Source: Saprolegnia diclina VS20
Taxonomy: Eukaryota
NCBI RefSeq assembly: GCF_000281045.1
Contig: NW_008246095.1
Span: 237,087 to 301,086, forward strand
Reading direction: 5' to 3'
Length of the DNA: 64,000 nucleotides
Both the position numbers and the translations under genes were made by a program. The notes below the pieces were generated by a model. That model ran no database searches. It saw nothing but the letters and a program-made list of their open reading frames with translations, and was not told where the DNA came from. Of the stretch, positions 1-11,221 are shown piece after piece. Numbering within the stretch: position 1 is the first letter of the stretch; each line of letters begins with the position of its first letter.

Positions 1-301
1 ATGTATTCCCCACGAGCTTTGGTTGATGGCAACCACCAGCATGGACATGGTTCAGTCGTAGCATATATCAACTCAATTGAATGCATGTACTCTTGGTTCG
101 GTCTCTCGAACGCCAATGGAGCTGCCTGGGGCTGTGTCGGTGGGATCGGCTTGTATCTGAAATACTAGATTGGTAGATAGATAGTCCTAGGTATGCTGCT
201 CATAGCGACTAACTAGACATGCGATGCTAACACGCGACAAAGCACGGTATACAGAAGCTTGTAGCAGCATTATGCAGAGACATACAGAGCGCGTGCATCG
301 C

Positions 302-1249
302 CTAGGCCGTCCGCTTGAAGTGGTTTTCGTCGATCGTCGAGTAAATATGACCCTCGTTCGTCAGGTACCCGAGCGCCTCTCTACGTGTACATTTGCGCAT
401 TCTTTGAGTAACGACGATGAGCGTACCTCAGTTGCGCCTCGCTGAGACGGCCGTTGAGCTGCTGCTTGATTTGGTCGACCGAGAGACCCATCTCGAGCGC
501 GGTCGCGCCCAAGATGTCGAGGATCGCTTGCTGACCCGGGTCCGAGAAGCCCGAGTCGGTGGCCGCAAAGTTCTGGTACGTGCTCTGCTGCCCGTAGCCA
601 CCCGTGGAGCTGGCGCCAAACGAATTGTAGCCGGCGGTCGGGCTGCCAAACCCCGGGTCTTGCTTGGCGACAGGCGGCGCGCCGCCAATGACACCCTAAG
701 AACACGCAAACATCAGCATACCGAGATCCAGCCAAGGCTATTTCGAACGTGGAGGTTACGCAAGTGGCTGTAAATGCAGTCGAGAAAGTGGTGCGTGAGC
801 TCGTTGAAGTCCTCGACCGGCGTCGCCGTGTAGCATGTCATGGTCGTCTTTCCGCTGAACGTGCGCAAATTGCCAACGGCCGAGATGTAGATACCTTCGC
901 GAAGCGACTCGACAAGCTGCTGCTGGTAGTGATCGTCGTCGACCTGCAGAAAAAGGCGCGACGCGAGGAGGCCTGTGCCGTCGTTGAGCGTGAACGTGAT
1001 GTTGGTCGAGTTGGGGCTCATGTCCGTCAAGATGCCCACCACGCGGATGTTGTGGAGCTCCTTGCCATCGACGTGCACGGCGTCGTCGCCGCCCTCGGCC
1101 TGGAGCGCCGCAAGCACCTGGCGCACGGTCACGGGCGTCAGCGACTGGTTGTCGCGCGACGTGTTGCCTTGCTTCTGCGACGACGTCGCCGCTTGGGACT
1201 CCATGTAGCCCCCTTCCATGTAGCCGCCGTCGTTGTTCTCCCACTGCAT
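302..1249 (-). CDS. RPA2: Replication protein A 32 kDa subunit (3 exons)
   Basis: OB fold (SLTPVTVRQV, FTLNDGTG, DFNELTHHFLDCI). After two GT-AG introns comes the winged-helix tail EALGYLTNEGHIYSTIDENHFK, with TAG at 302-304. Confidence 0.93.
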
Positions 1250-1337
1250 CGCTTCTCGCTTCCTAGAGAGGACGCATGAGGCCGAGGGCGGGCGCGGCCG
1301 CTTGCCCACCTCTGTTTTTCCTTGGCGGCAAAAAGCT

Positions 1338-1451
1338 CCAATGGAGCACTGGGGTGAGAAACATAAAAATAGAGGCCTCCAATTGGCCAAATGTGTACTT
1401 TCGCGGGCCTTTTTAGCCAATCCACACACGAGAGTATGATTTTGAACCAAT
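1338..1451. promoter_or_regulatory. CCAAT-box cluster plus an E2F-like site in the RPA2/CC2D2A divergent promoter
   Basis: CCAAT at 1338, 1379, 1417 and 1447; TTTCGCGG at 1399-1406. Function is inferred. Confidence 0.45.
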
Positions 1452-1651
1452 CCCAACGACGCAAGCCCAACGCAGAAGATCCAGGCGGTCGGACGGGACC
1501 GAGAGGGGGAAGCGACGAGAGTAGAGTCAAGCAAATTGAGTCGCATGCCATGGACAAAGTAGGCAGAAGCATGGGACATGGAATGCGAGGTAGACGACGA
1601 GCAAGCACTAGTCCGTGGATCGCGCCGTTACCCAAGGTCGCGTAACGAGCG

Positions 1652-4600
1652 ATGACCGCGACGCCCACCGAAGCGCCGGTCCCCCAGCCACCCAAGGTTT
1701 CGCGCTTCCAGCAGGATGCGCCCGAGAGGAGCGAAGGCGATAGTGATGATGATGACGTCGATGGCAACCAGCGCGCGGGGATATCGCCGCTACAGGCGCT
1801 CACGGAGCATGGGTATCGCGTGCAGATCAAGACGAGCATGGACCCCAAGGTCATCGTGGTGCCGAGCGCCAGGCCATTGACACAAACCTGCAAGGTTGAC
1901 GAGGACATGGAAGATGGCATCTACCGAGCGCGCACCATGGACACGCATCTCCCGCCCCATGTCGTGGTCCGCGCGCTGGAGCGCGTCGAGCGCGAGGGCG
2001 TCACGTGGAGCGCGATGGCCGACCCGTTCGCGGCCAGCGCGGTGCGCCCGTCCCTCACGTACGCTCCTTCGACACCCCTTCGCACACAATGGAGCGACCC
2101 CGCAAAGACGCTGCCGGTCTACTCGGAGCTTCTCGTGCGCATTCCCAAGCTCCATCTCTCGGACCACCGCCTCATGACGCTTGAGGACAGCGTCAGCCTT
2201 CAGATGCGCTTCCTCTTCCACGATTACACAGCCAAGTACGCTGCGATTGCGAGCTTGGAGCACCGACTCGCGCGGCTTTTGTCGCTTGCGCCAACGGCCT
2301 CGACCCATGACGTGCACGCGGAAGTCGATGCCTTTGTCGCCATTGTAACCTGCATACGGGACGCCTTCCAAGAAGTGTATCTCAAGTGGAGCGAGCTCAA
2401 GGAGCTGCGACAGAAGCAGCAGGCGACGCTGACACCCGTGCTTTTGCTGCTTCGGCCTGTCGACAGCAGTGCGACACTGAAGGTGATCCAGGACTTTGCG
2501 ACGCAACTTGAAAGCCGCGAAAGCATGCACGAGGACCCGCAGCTGGCAACAGCAGTAGGTGCGCTACAAGAGGTGCTAGACGCGCCAATGTGCTTGGACT
2601 ACGTGGTACGGCTCTCGAGCGACCTCTCGATTCTGGGCCAGCCGTCCGAAGCCGAGGCGCTGCGACGCCAGCACATTCGGCGCGTCCGCATCCATTGCGA
2701 GCTGCTCGTCAACGGCAACACCGTCATGGAGACCAAGGCACACGCCCTCTCGTGGCCGAGCTTGAGTGTCGATTTGAACGAGTTCGTCGCACTCCGCGTC
2801 ACAGCCAAGCCAACGTCCATGAGCCTCAGGGTCTACGAGCGCGTGCCCGCCACGGGTGGTATCTTTTACACCACCACGTGCTGGACGAGCCGGCCGATCC
2901 CGCTCGTCATGCCCGGTACCACCTCGAGCTGATGGCATATCGGATGCTATGTTTGTTAGGACATGCGTTTGCGACCGAGATTTGTGCGGCGGGCGCTGCG
3001 CCCACGGACGAGTGGTACCAATTCTGTCACGACGCCAGCATTCCGCGCGAGGCGTGGAGCCAAAGCTTCCTCTCGTCGGCGTACTATGCCAACGCCCAGC
3101 GGCACACCAAAGGCGCAGTTCACGTGCACTTGAGCTGGAAGACGACGTCGGATGTGCACAAGATTCCCGTCAAGCACGCACGGACGATTCGCCCCGCGTC
3201 CGGTACGTTGCTGCGTTTCGAGGTGGGATATGACAACGATCGCACAGACGCTGAGCGCTGGATTGGCCATCGCCCGGAACCGGTCGACGATGCCACCCAT
3301 TTTAGCCATGAAGCCGCCTTTCAGCACGCTCTCGGGACGCTACCAACCCTCGACCCAAACGCGCCGTCGGACCAAGCAGCGGTGCAGCTCAAGGCATACC
3401 ACGCGAGTCGGTCGACGACAGAGCCGCTCGACCTCTTTCGCACTGCGTTGCCATCGTCATTTGTGCTGTCGTCGTACACAGGGAAGAGTCAGCTCAAGCG
3501 CCATACGCTTCTGTCGCTACGGGACGACGACCCGCACCGACACGCCATCTTTGCGACGCCGATCCCGCTCTCAGAGCACGTGATCGCTCAACAACCCGCG
3601 TACTTGGATCTCGTTCGCCCCGAGGTCGTTGCGTTCGAGCGGTCGTTGGCCAACGAAGCCATGCTTGCTGAAACCAAGTATGTACTTCTCGCTCTGTTCC
3701 AGGTTCGGGTATGATGATGGTGTGGCGTGTGTAGAGATGGACTCGAGTATACCAAGCGGCGCCTCGAGCTTCGCCGCCACGATTTCATGGAGCGCGTCCG
3801 AAGCAACCATGCGACGCGGGCCCGGGACGACAAGGTCTCTGCGTACGCCCACTTGAGCACGATCGTGCAAGAGTACCCCCAACCGCTGCTCTTCAAAGGC
3901 TGGACACCCGACTTTTCCGGCTGGAGTACGCTCTTTGCCCGCAAGCGCCGACTGCGTCCGACAAGACGGGTCGAAGGTCCCCGCTCCGACTTGGCGGTCG
4001 ACCGCCCTGACGAGTGCCAAGTGTACATACAAGTCCAGCGCCTCACCAATGCCTTTGCACGCCGGGGTCAACCGGTCGAGGCACCACCAAAGCCTGCACG
4101 ACGGAGGGCGGATGATCGCCACTCGGACGGCGACAACAGCGCTGAAGACGACGACGACGACCAGCCTGCAGCGTCAGACGGAAGCGCCAATCACGTGCTT
4201 GTCGAAGTGAGCTTTCAAGGCCACACGCGAGCCACGTCGCCATCGTCAGGCCTGCATCCAATGTGGATGGAGACGGTCGTGTTGCCCTTCTCGCCGCCGC
4301 TGCACGACTGGTCTCCACCAGCGCTCACACGCATTCGCGACACGATTACGCTGACCATCTTTGACCAGGTGCTTGTTGAGGTACCCTCACGGCCATGGAG
4401 AGGCCAGATTCCACGATATGTGGTAGGACCCCGTGACCCAGCACAAGGACTTGCAGCGGCGGTTCCTTGGGAGCGTGCGCGTCCCGTTCTCGACCTTGTA
4501 CCACAACGCCGGCGAGATCATCGCACCACTGCGTTGCGTTGTGCCGTACGCGCATCTCGGCTACATGCGCCGCGTTGGCAAAGCGTCGCGATCCAGAGCC

Positions 4601-6004
4601 GCCGTCGACGAGAGCAACGGGATGTCGTCGTCAGATGCCGCGACCTTTCTCAGCGTCATGATCAAGACCGACCCAATACTGGTAGTCGTGGCGCATGACA
4701 TAGTTCTATAGCGCATCGTAGGCGGCCCCGACGCCGTCATCGACGCCAATCACAATGCAGAGCGAGCCGCCAGCGTTCATCCGGTACGCTGAAAAGTACG
4801 TGGCGTCCGTTCCTGGCTTGACGCTGCAGCACCTGTTTGTGCCGGCGGTCTCGGGCGAGCCGACGTTCGTCACACGGTATTTGCGGGCGCAAGCACCACC
4901 GGCGGACCTGCAGGGCCAGCCGCTACGCGCCCTCGCGCGCTTTGTGTCGCTGGTGCCCTTTCTTGAGGATTGGCACACGTACAGCGGTGCCATTGGTGCG
5001 AACGCCTCCGAAGCTAGCGTTGGTCGAGAGATCACTTGCGTAGATGTTTGGGCAGCGACACAAGACTTCTTGGACACGCAGGTCGGCGACTGGGAAGAGC
5101 ACGCAGTGTTGCTCGCCAACTACTTCAACTGGGCGGACGACGGCCAGCGACGAGGCAGCACGGTCAAGTCCTATTTGGTCGTGGGGACCGCGTTGCCCGA
5201 AGGCAGCGGCGTGTACGTTGTGCGCTGCACCGCGCAACACTGTACCTTTTGGAATGCGTGCTCGGGCGTCGCGTACGACGTGCGCGACCTCAAGTGCCCA
5301 CTGCGGTCCGTGCTGCTTGTCGCGTCAAGTGATAATGTCTGGGCCAATCTGCACCCGACTGGCACACCCTGTCAACTCGCATGGGATGCCATCGGTACGA
5401 CGAGCGAGGTGCACGCGAATTCTGATCTTCCTTAGAGTCGGACGCACGCGCGTGGAAGCCCTTCTTCACGGCCATGACCACCAAGGAGTCGCTCGAGGCC
5501 ATCTTGCCGTCCGTGCAAGCCGCCACCCCCCAGTATCTGGCCACGCCACCGTCCTTTGTGCACGACGTGCGTCCGCATCCTTCTCGTAGCATCCGAGTTC
5601 TTAGCGAAGATGCGTAGGTCCAAGTCGAGCTGCTCGAAAGCATCAAGGTTGCGATTCGCAAGCTCCGGAGCAGCCACTCGACGACGATCTTCAACAGCGA
5701 CGTGTCGCATCATCTGCACGAGCTACTGACGACGTTGGAGGCCAAGTACATTGCCAACGACGTTGGCGACGACCACGTGCCATCCTTGCTCGCCAAGTAC
5801 CCGCGCTACGACTTTCATGGTGGGCCGTTCAGCTTTCCGTTCACGGACGTCCAGGGAATTGTCGACGAGATGACGCAGACGCACATTCATGCGACGACCA
5901 CGAGCGGCGTCGAGTTTGGCCTTGCGGTGCATGTTCATGTCTACCCCAACTTCGTATTGGCCGTGTGGGTCTACCTCGCGGCCTTGACGCCAACGTACCG
6001 CTGA
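1652..6004 (+). CDS. CC2D2A: Coiled-coil and C2 domain protein 2A (MKS6)-like ciliary transition-zone protein, multi-exon
   Basis: Coiled coil and C2 domains (VEVSFQGHTRATS..HPMWMETVVLPF). Transglutaminase-like segment GDWEEHAVLLANYF and the typical C-terminus VEFGLAVHVHVYPNFVLAVWVYLAAL. The start codon is uncertain. Confidence 0.82.
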
Positions 6005-6189
6005 AGGACAGAGAGATTGAGTTCAATAACTAGATTTAAAAAAGGTTAATTCTTCCTACTGCGCAATACGCCATAGAGTACGCAGTCCAATCAATAAAAA
6101 AGGACCGAAGCACTGAAGCCTCGAAGCCCATCTACCTTTCATTCATCGGAATACAAAACTGCTGGCGCGGGCACGACCACAGAAAGCGC

Positions 6190-7320
6190 TTAGAAGCACT
6201 TGCGGTGGACGATCGAGGGACCACTTTCGTCGTATTCGGCCTTCGAGATCCACATCTGCTGGAACGTCGAGAGCGACGAGAGGATCGAACCACCGATCCA
6301 GACCGAGTACTTGCGCTCCGGGGGGGCGACGACCTTGATCTTCATGGTCGAGGGCGCAAGGGCCGTGAGCTCCTTGGTCATGCGCTCCGAGATACCCGGG
6401 TACATGGTGGTACCGCCCGAGAGGACAATGTTGCAGTACAAGTCCTTGCGGATATCGACGTCGCACTTCATGATCGTCTGGAACGTGCAGTCGTGGATAC
6501 CCGACGCTTCCTTACCGATGAGGGCAGGCTGGAAGAGCACTTCGGGCGTGCGGAAGCGTTCGTTGCCAATGACAATGACGTTACCATCGGGAAGCTCGTA
6601 CGACTTCTCGAGGCCCGACGACTCGGCGGCCGTCTTCATCTCCTGGTCGAAGTCGAGGGCAATGTACGTGAGCTTCTCCTTGATGTCACGCACGATTTCG
6701 CGCTCGGCCGTCGTCGTGAACGAGTAACCACGCTCGGTAAGGATCTTCATCATGTAGTCCGTCAAGTCGCGGCCAGCCAAGTCGAGGCGGACAATGGCGT
6801 GGGGAAGGGCGTAACCTTCGTAGATCGGGACCGTGTGCGAGACACCGTCACCCGAGTCGAGCACGCAGCCCGTCGTGCGGCCCGAGGCGTACAGCGAGAG
6901 CACGGCCTGGATGTTGACGTACATGGCCGGGACGTTGAACGTCTCGAACATGATCTGCGTCATGCGCTCACGGTTGGCCTTGGGGTTCAACGGCGCTTCC
7001 GTGAGGAGGACCGGGTGCTCCTCCGGGGCGACGCGGAGCTCGTTGTAGAAGGTGTGGTGCCAGATCTTCTCCATGTCGTCCCAGTTGGTGACGATACCGT
7101 GCTCGATCGGGTACTTCAGCGTGAGGACACCACGCTTGGACTGGGCCTCGTCACCGACATAGGCATCCTTCTGGTCCATGCCGACCATGATACCGGGGTG
7201 CTTCGGGCGACCGACGATCGACGGGAAGACGGCGCGCGGGGCGTCATCACCGGCGAAACCGGCCTTGCACATGCCGGAGCCGTTGTCGACAACGAGAGCT
7301 TGGACATCATCGTCAGCCAT
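6190..7320 (-). CDS. ACT: Actin (376 aa, intronless)
   Basis: Full canonical actin sequence from [22 protein letters not shown] to IVHRKCF. Confidence 0.99.
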
Positions 7321-7352
7321 CTTGAACAGTAGGAAGCTTGCGGGCTACGACT

Positions 7353-7368
7353 GAAATTGGGAAATGGA
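7353..7368 (-). promoter_or_regulatory. Oomycete Inr+FPR core promoter of actin
   Basis: Minus-strand TCCATTTCCCAATTTC lies 33-48 nt upstream of the ATG and matches the oomycete YCATTY-NNN-WTTY supramotif. Confidence 0.7.
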
Positions 7369-8641
7369 ATTCCCTTTCCATGGCTGCAATGTGTGCAGGA
7401 CCTCGTTTCAAGAACCATCCGATTCAAAAACAAGCTAAGTTTCCACGCTTTTCCCTTTGAATACGAACCCACGTAGGACCTGCATTCATGCTGCGTTGCA
7501 AATTGCTGTCGCCAGCCCCTCGTTAGTCACCTTGGCTTACGAACCTTTCGCCATACTTTTATGTTGAAATGCGCTAGATTCCCTCGCGACAAAGACCACT
7601 GGCCGAGCGTAGGTAAAAGAAAGGCGGGTTAGGGCTTGTTCGCGCCACCACTTGCAATTTGTATGCCCGCAGCTTGTTCGATCTTTTTTATGCACCAAGG
7701 TGTCGCGGCCAAGGACAATATTCCCACCTTTGCATACAAATAGCAAGTACAAGGACGTGGACACGGCCGATATTTAAATGCAATTGACCACGGACTTGCT
7801 CGGAGAAGCGCCACGGCAGCGTTACGCAAGTTGAAAGACAAGGCGTGTGTGCCACGTAGTACACTGTAGGGAGTCGCGCGCCAGCCACTCACGTCGGCGC
7901 GCACGACACTCTTTGCTCCTCTGCACAGCCGTGTCGCGGAGAGAAGCATGGACACGCAAGGCAAAGCTACTTTGGCCTTCAACCCGATCGGCCTCATGCA
8001 GAGGAGCCGCAGACGTGCGATCGATCGGCACCGACTAGGCTCGGTTGCGAGCTCGTTGGGACGAATAGCTCGCCGAGACTGCCTGTAACAATGGCTCGTG
8101 TGACCAATGCAAGACCAGTCACGGGTGGGCATACGCGTAATGCTACATGAAAGCGACGGCCGCAGCGCAGGGTTGATGCGCCTGCGCCGTGCCAAGACAT
8201 GTCGAAGCAACGCTAGCGGCCGCGATGAGATGGCGGGCTTTGCTACGGTACGCACATCGACTTCAACAATGGAGCTGCCGCCGTCGGGCTCGACACTTCC
8301 CCGGACTCGCCGGACCGTCGGAGCTAGAAAAGTCTCGAAGCACGTCGATGCCAACGCGGCCACCGCATCACGGCGTCGCTACGACTGCCACGTACGCAGA
8401 CCATCTGTCGACAGCACGACGGTATCCGTGCAGCCTGATCGCGGGGCGAACGGCAAGTCAAGGTGCGCTCACTCACGGCAATTGTGTCGATATTGGCGGT
8501 GCTTCCAAGCTTCGATGCGGCATGGTATCCGGATACGCGTGCCACGAAATTAGAATTCGTCTATCCAAGTAGTATACATTTTCTCAATCAACCTCACGCG
8601 GGAGCTTTCCCCGACTATATCAAGAGCGAGAAGCGGGCGGG

Positions 8642-11173
8642 ATGGACTACATGGAGAACCTGCGGCGATCGCCCGTCTTCCGCAACTCGTTCGAGCCGTC
8701 CATGTCGATGGGGAAGGAACACCATGGGCATGCAGGGTCGAGCCCCATCGAGGTCAACCTCCCGTCGTTCGCGCAGGACATGGAGCACCTCCATCTGCCC
8801 CGGCGCCACGATACTAGCGCGTCAACGCTCGAGGCCGAAGACTTCTCGTCGCCGTCTGCATATGCGCCCGAGCCTTTTGGCCCGAAGGAAAAGAAGGCCG
8901 ACGAGATGCCCGTGCTGGACGAGCGGCAGGTCACTATCATCGTGCTCCTCGCGCGCGTTTGCTCGGTCTACGACGCAACGCCCAAGACCTTCGTCGCCAA
9001 CGTGCTGCGTCTCCATCGCATGGGCGTGCTCGAGTCGATTGCGTTTCTTTCGGACCTGGGCTTGCTAGCGTCGTCCACGTCGCCGCGCAAGATGGATGCG
9101 ATCGAGCAGTGGGATGTCGACAAGGGTGGTGTCGGCGGTGGCATGCTGGGCTTCCCGCAGTCGCTCAACGTCTCTCGCTACGCCCGCGACTTTGACGAAG
9201 TCCGACTCATTGGGCAAGGCGGGTTTGGCCAAGTGTACATGGCGCGCCACAAGCTCGTACGCCGTCGTTTCTGGTGGTAGATCGACCAAGCTCATGCACG
9301 TGTGGCGTAGGATGGCATTTGCTACGCGATCAAGCAAGTCCGCTTCTTCAACAAAGGGTTTCAATCGCCGCTCGTGCAAAATGTGCTGCGAGAAGTGCAC
9401 TGCCTCGCGCGCTGCGACCACCCGAACGTGAACCGCTACTATAGCGCGTGGCTAGAGCCCACATGGGTGCCGATGAATCTGCATACGACGTCGTATACGG
9501 CGCCGCCGACGTCCGCGCCCATCATCAACCCCGTCGAGCTGCAAACCAAGAACCCGCACCTTCTCGAAGACATTTACCGCTTTGTCGACGCCAAAAGCGA
9601 CAGCAGCGACGTGGATGGCCACACGACCTCCAACCTCGAGTTGAGCGAGGACCACTATACTAGCTCGTACTCGGTGTCGAGAGACTCGTACGAGAGCTCG
9701 AACGGCTCGGTCGTCGAGTTTGAGTTTGATCGCGACGTCTCCCAGTCCAACTTTTCGTGGTACGTGTGTCACTTTTGTATGATAGTCGAATCCACCGCAA
9801 CGATAGCACAAGCTTCAGCGACCTCCCGGCGTACGACCCCAAGTCCGCCAGTAGCAAGAGCAACGTTTCGGTCACTTCGTCGTCGACCGTGCACCGGCGG
9901 CGGTCCCAGTCGTTTGAAAGCTCGACCCATGCCTCACAACTGCAGCTCGCGACGTACCAAGCGACGCACACCATCGTGAGCGACTGGAACAGTGTCAACT
10001 CATTGGACGCGCGGACGCTCCAGCTCCAGCGCAAGCGACAACAGTCGTGGTGCGCCGACACACCGTTCCGCAACCACCGCGCGGGCTCGTTCTTGGCGAT
10101 TGAAGGCGACGCGCCGCCGTCGTCCGAGATTGCCCCCGCGTTCACGTACCAAATTACCCTTTACATTCAAATGTTCCTGTGCGAGCAGTCGACGCTCCAA
10201 GTTGGTTGGCAAGTGTCGAGTGCATTGACTCAAAGAGGCTGCGTAGGACTGGCTCGACGAGCGCAACCGCAACGTGGGCCATGTCGACTTTCAAGCAAGC
10301 TTGCGCCTCTTTCGCCAGCTCGTCAATGGCATCAAGCACGTCCACGAGAATGGCATCATCCATCGGTACACTGGTGACGACAAATGACGCCTCATGACGG
10401 CGCGTAGCGACTTGAAGCCGAGCAATGTGTTTATGACCCGCGACGGTGCGCTCAAGATTGGCGATTTCGGTCTCTCGAAGCTCCTCGCCGAAGTCATGGC
10501 CGACGACCCGATCAACAACCGCGGCTTCATGCCGCCAGCCAGCGGCCACGGGCACACACAAGGTGTCGGCACCATGTCGTACGCCAGCCCCGAGCAAGTC
10601 GCAGGCACCGACTACGACCACAAAGTCGACTCGTTCAGGTACATACTACATAAATCGTCGACACGGAGGTGCCAATGCGTTGTGTAGCTTGGGCATCATT
10701 CTTCTCGAGCTCTTTTGCGTCTTTGACACCAAGATGGAGCGCGCTCGGGCTCTCAAAGGTACTCATACTTGTCGATGCAATCCCTCATGGAGCTTGCACT
10801 CCTTGTGTAGACGTACGTGCAAACCCGCAGCATGTCCCCGACGAGCTCGCGACGTCGTACCCTGAAATCGCGGCGTTGATCTCGCATCTTGTCGCACCGA
10901 CGTGCACGCGCTGGACCGTGGAGCAAGCACACGACTACCTGTGCACGACGTTTCCCCAAGTGCATCTCGAGAAAGCGCGGGAAGTCCTCGAGTTGCGCCA
11001 GCAGTTGCACGAGAACGAAGCCAAGCTCAAGGAGCAGGTACGAAGCGAATCGCATCATGTTGGCCCAGTCTGCAACCATGCACTAGGACGCGCTCATCGA
11101 GGAGCTGCGGCGCCAAGTGGCGACGCTCTCGCAAGACGACACGAACGTCCATGACCCTCGCATGGCGCGCTAA
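8642..11173 (+). CDS. eIF2-alpha kinase, HRI-like, multi-exon
   Basis: SRYARDF..IGQGGFGQV, YAIK, LREVHCLARCDHPNVNRYYSAWLE, a long kinase insert, LYIQMFLCE, HRDLKPSN, KIGDFGL and GVGTMSYASPEQ. C-terminal coiled coil; TAA at 11171-11173. Confidence 0.88.
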
Positions 11174-11221
11174 CCGACCCAGTAGTACACTGTACGACCC
11201 GTAATGTGTGTACGTGTGAGA

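Noticed and set aside
6205..7332. 375-aa ORF antisense to actin
   Set aside because: It is a shadow ORF caused by strong C/G third-position bias and has no recognisable protein features.
7400..8600. ORFs of 60-244 aa between actin and the kinase
   Set aside because: They are R/S/C-rich with no codon bias or domain, and the stretch is best explained as a divergent promoter region.
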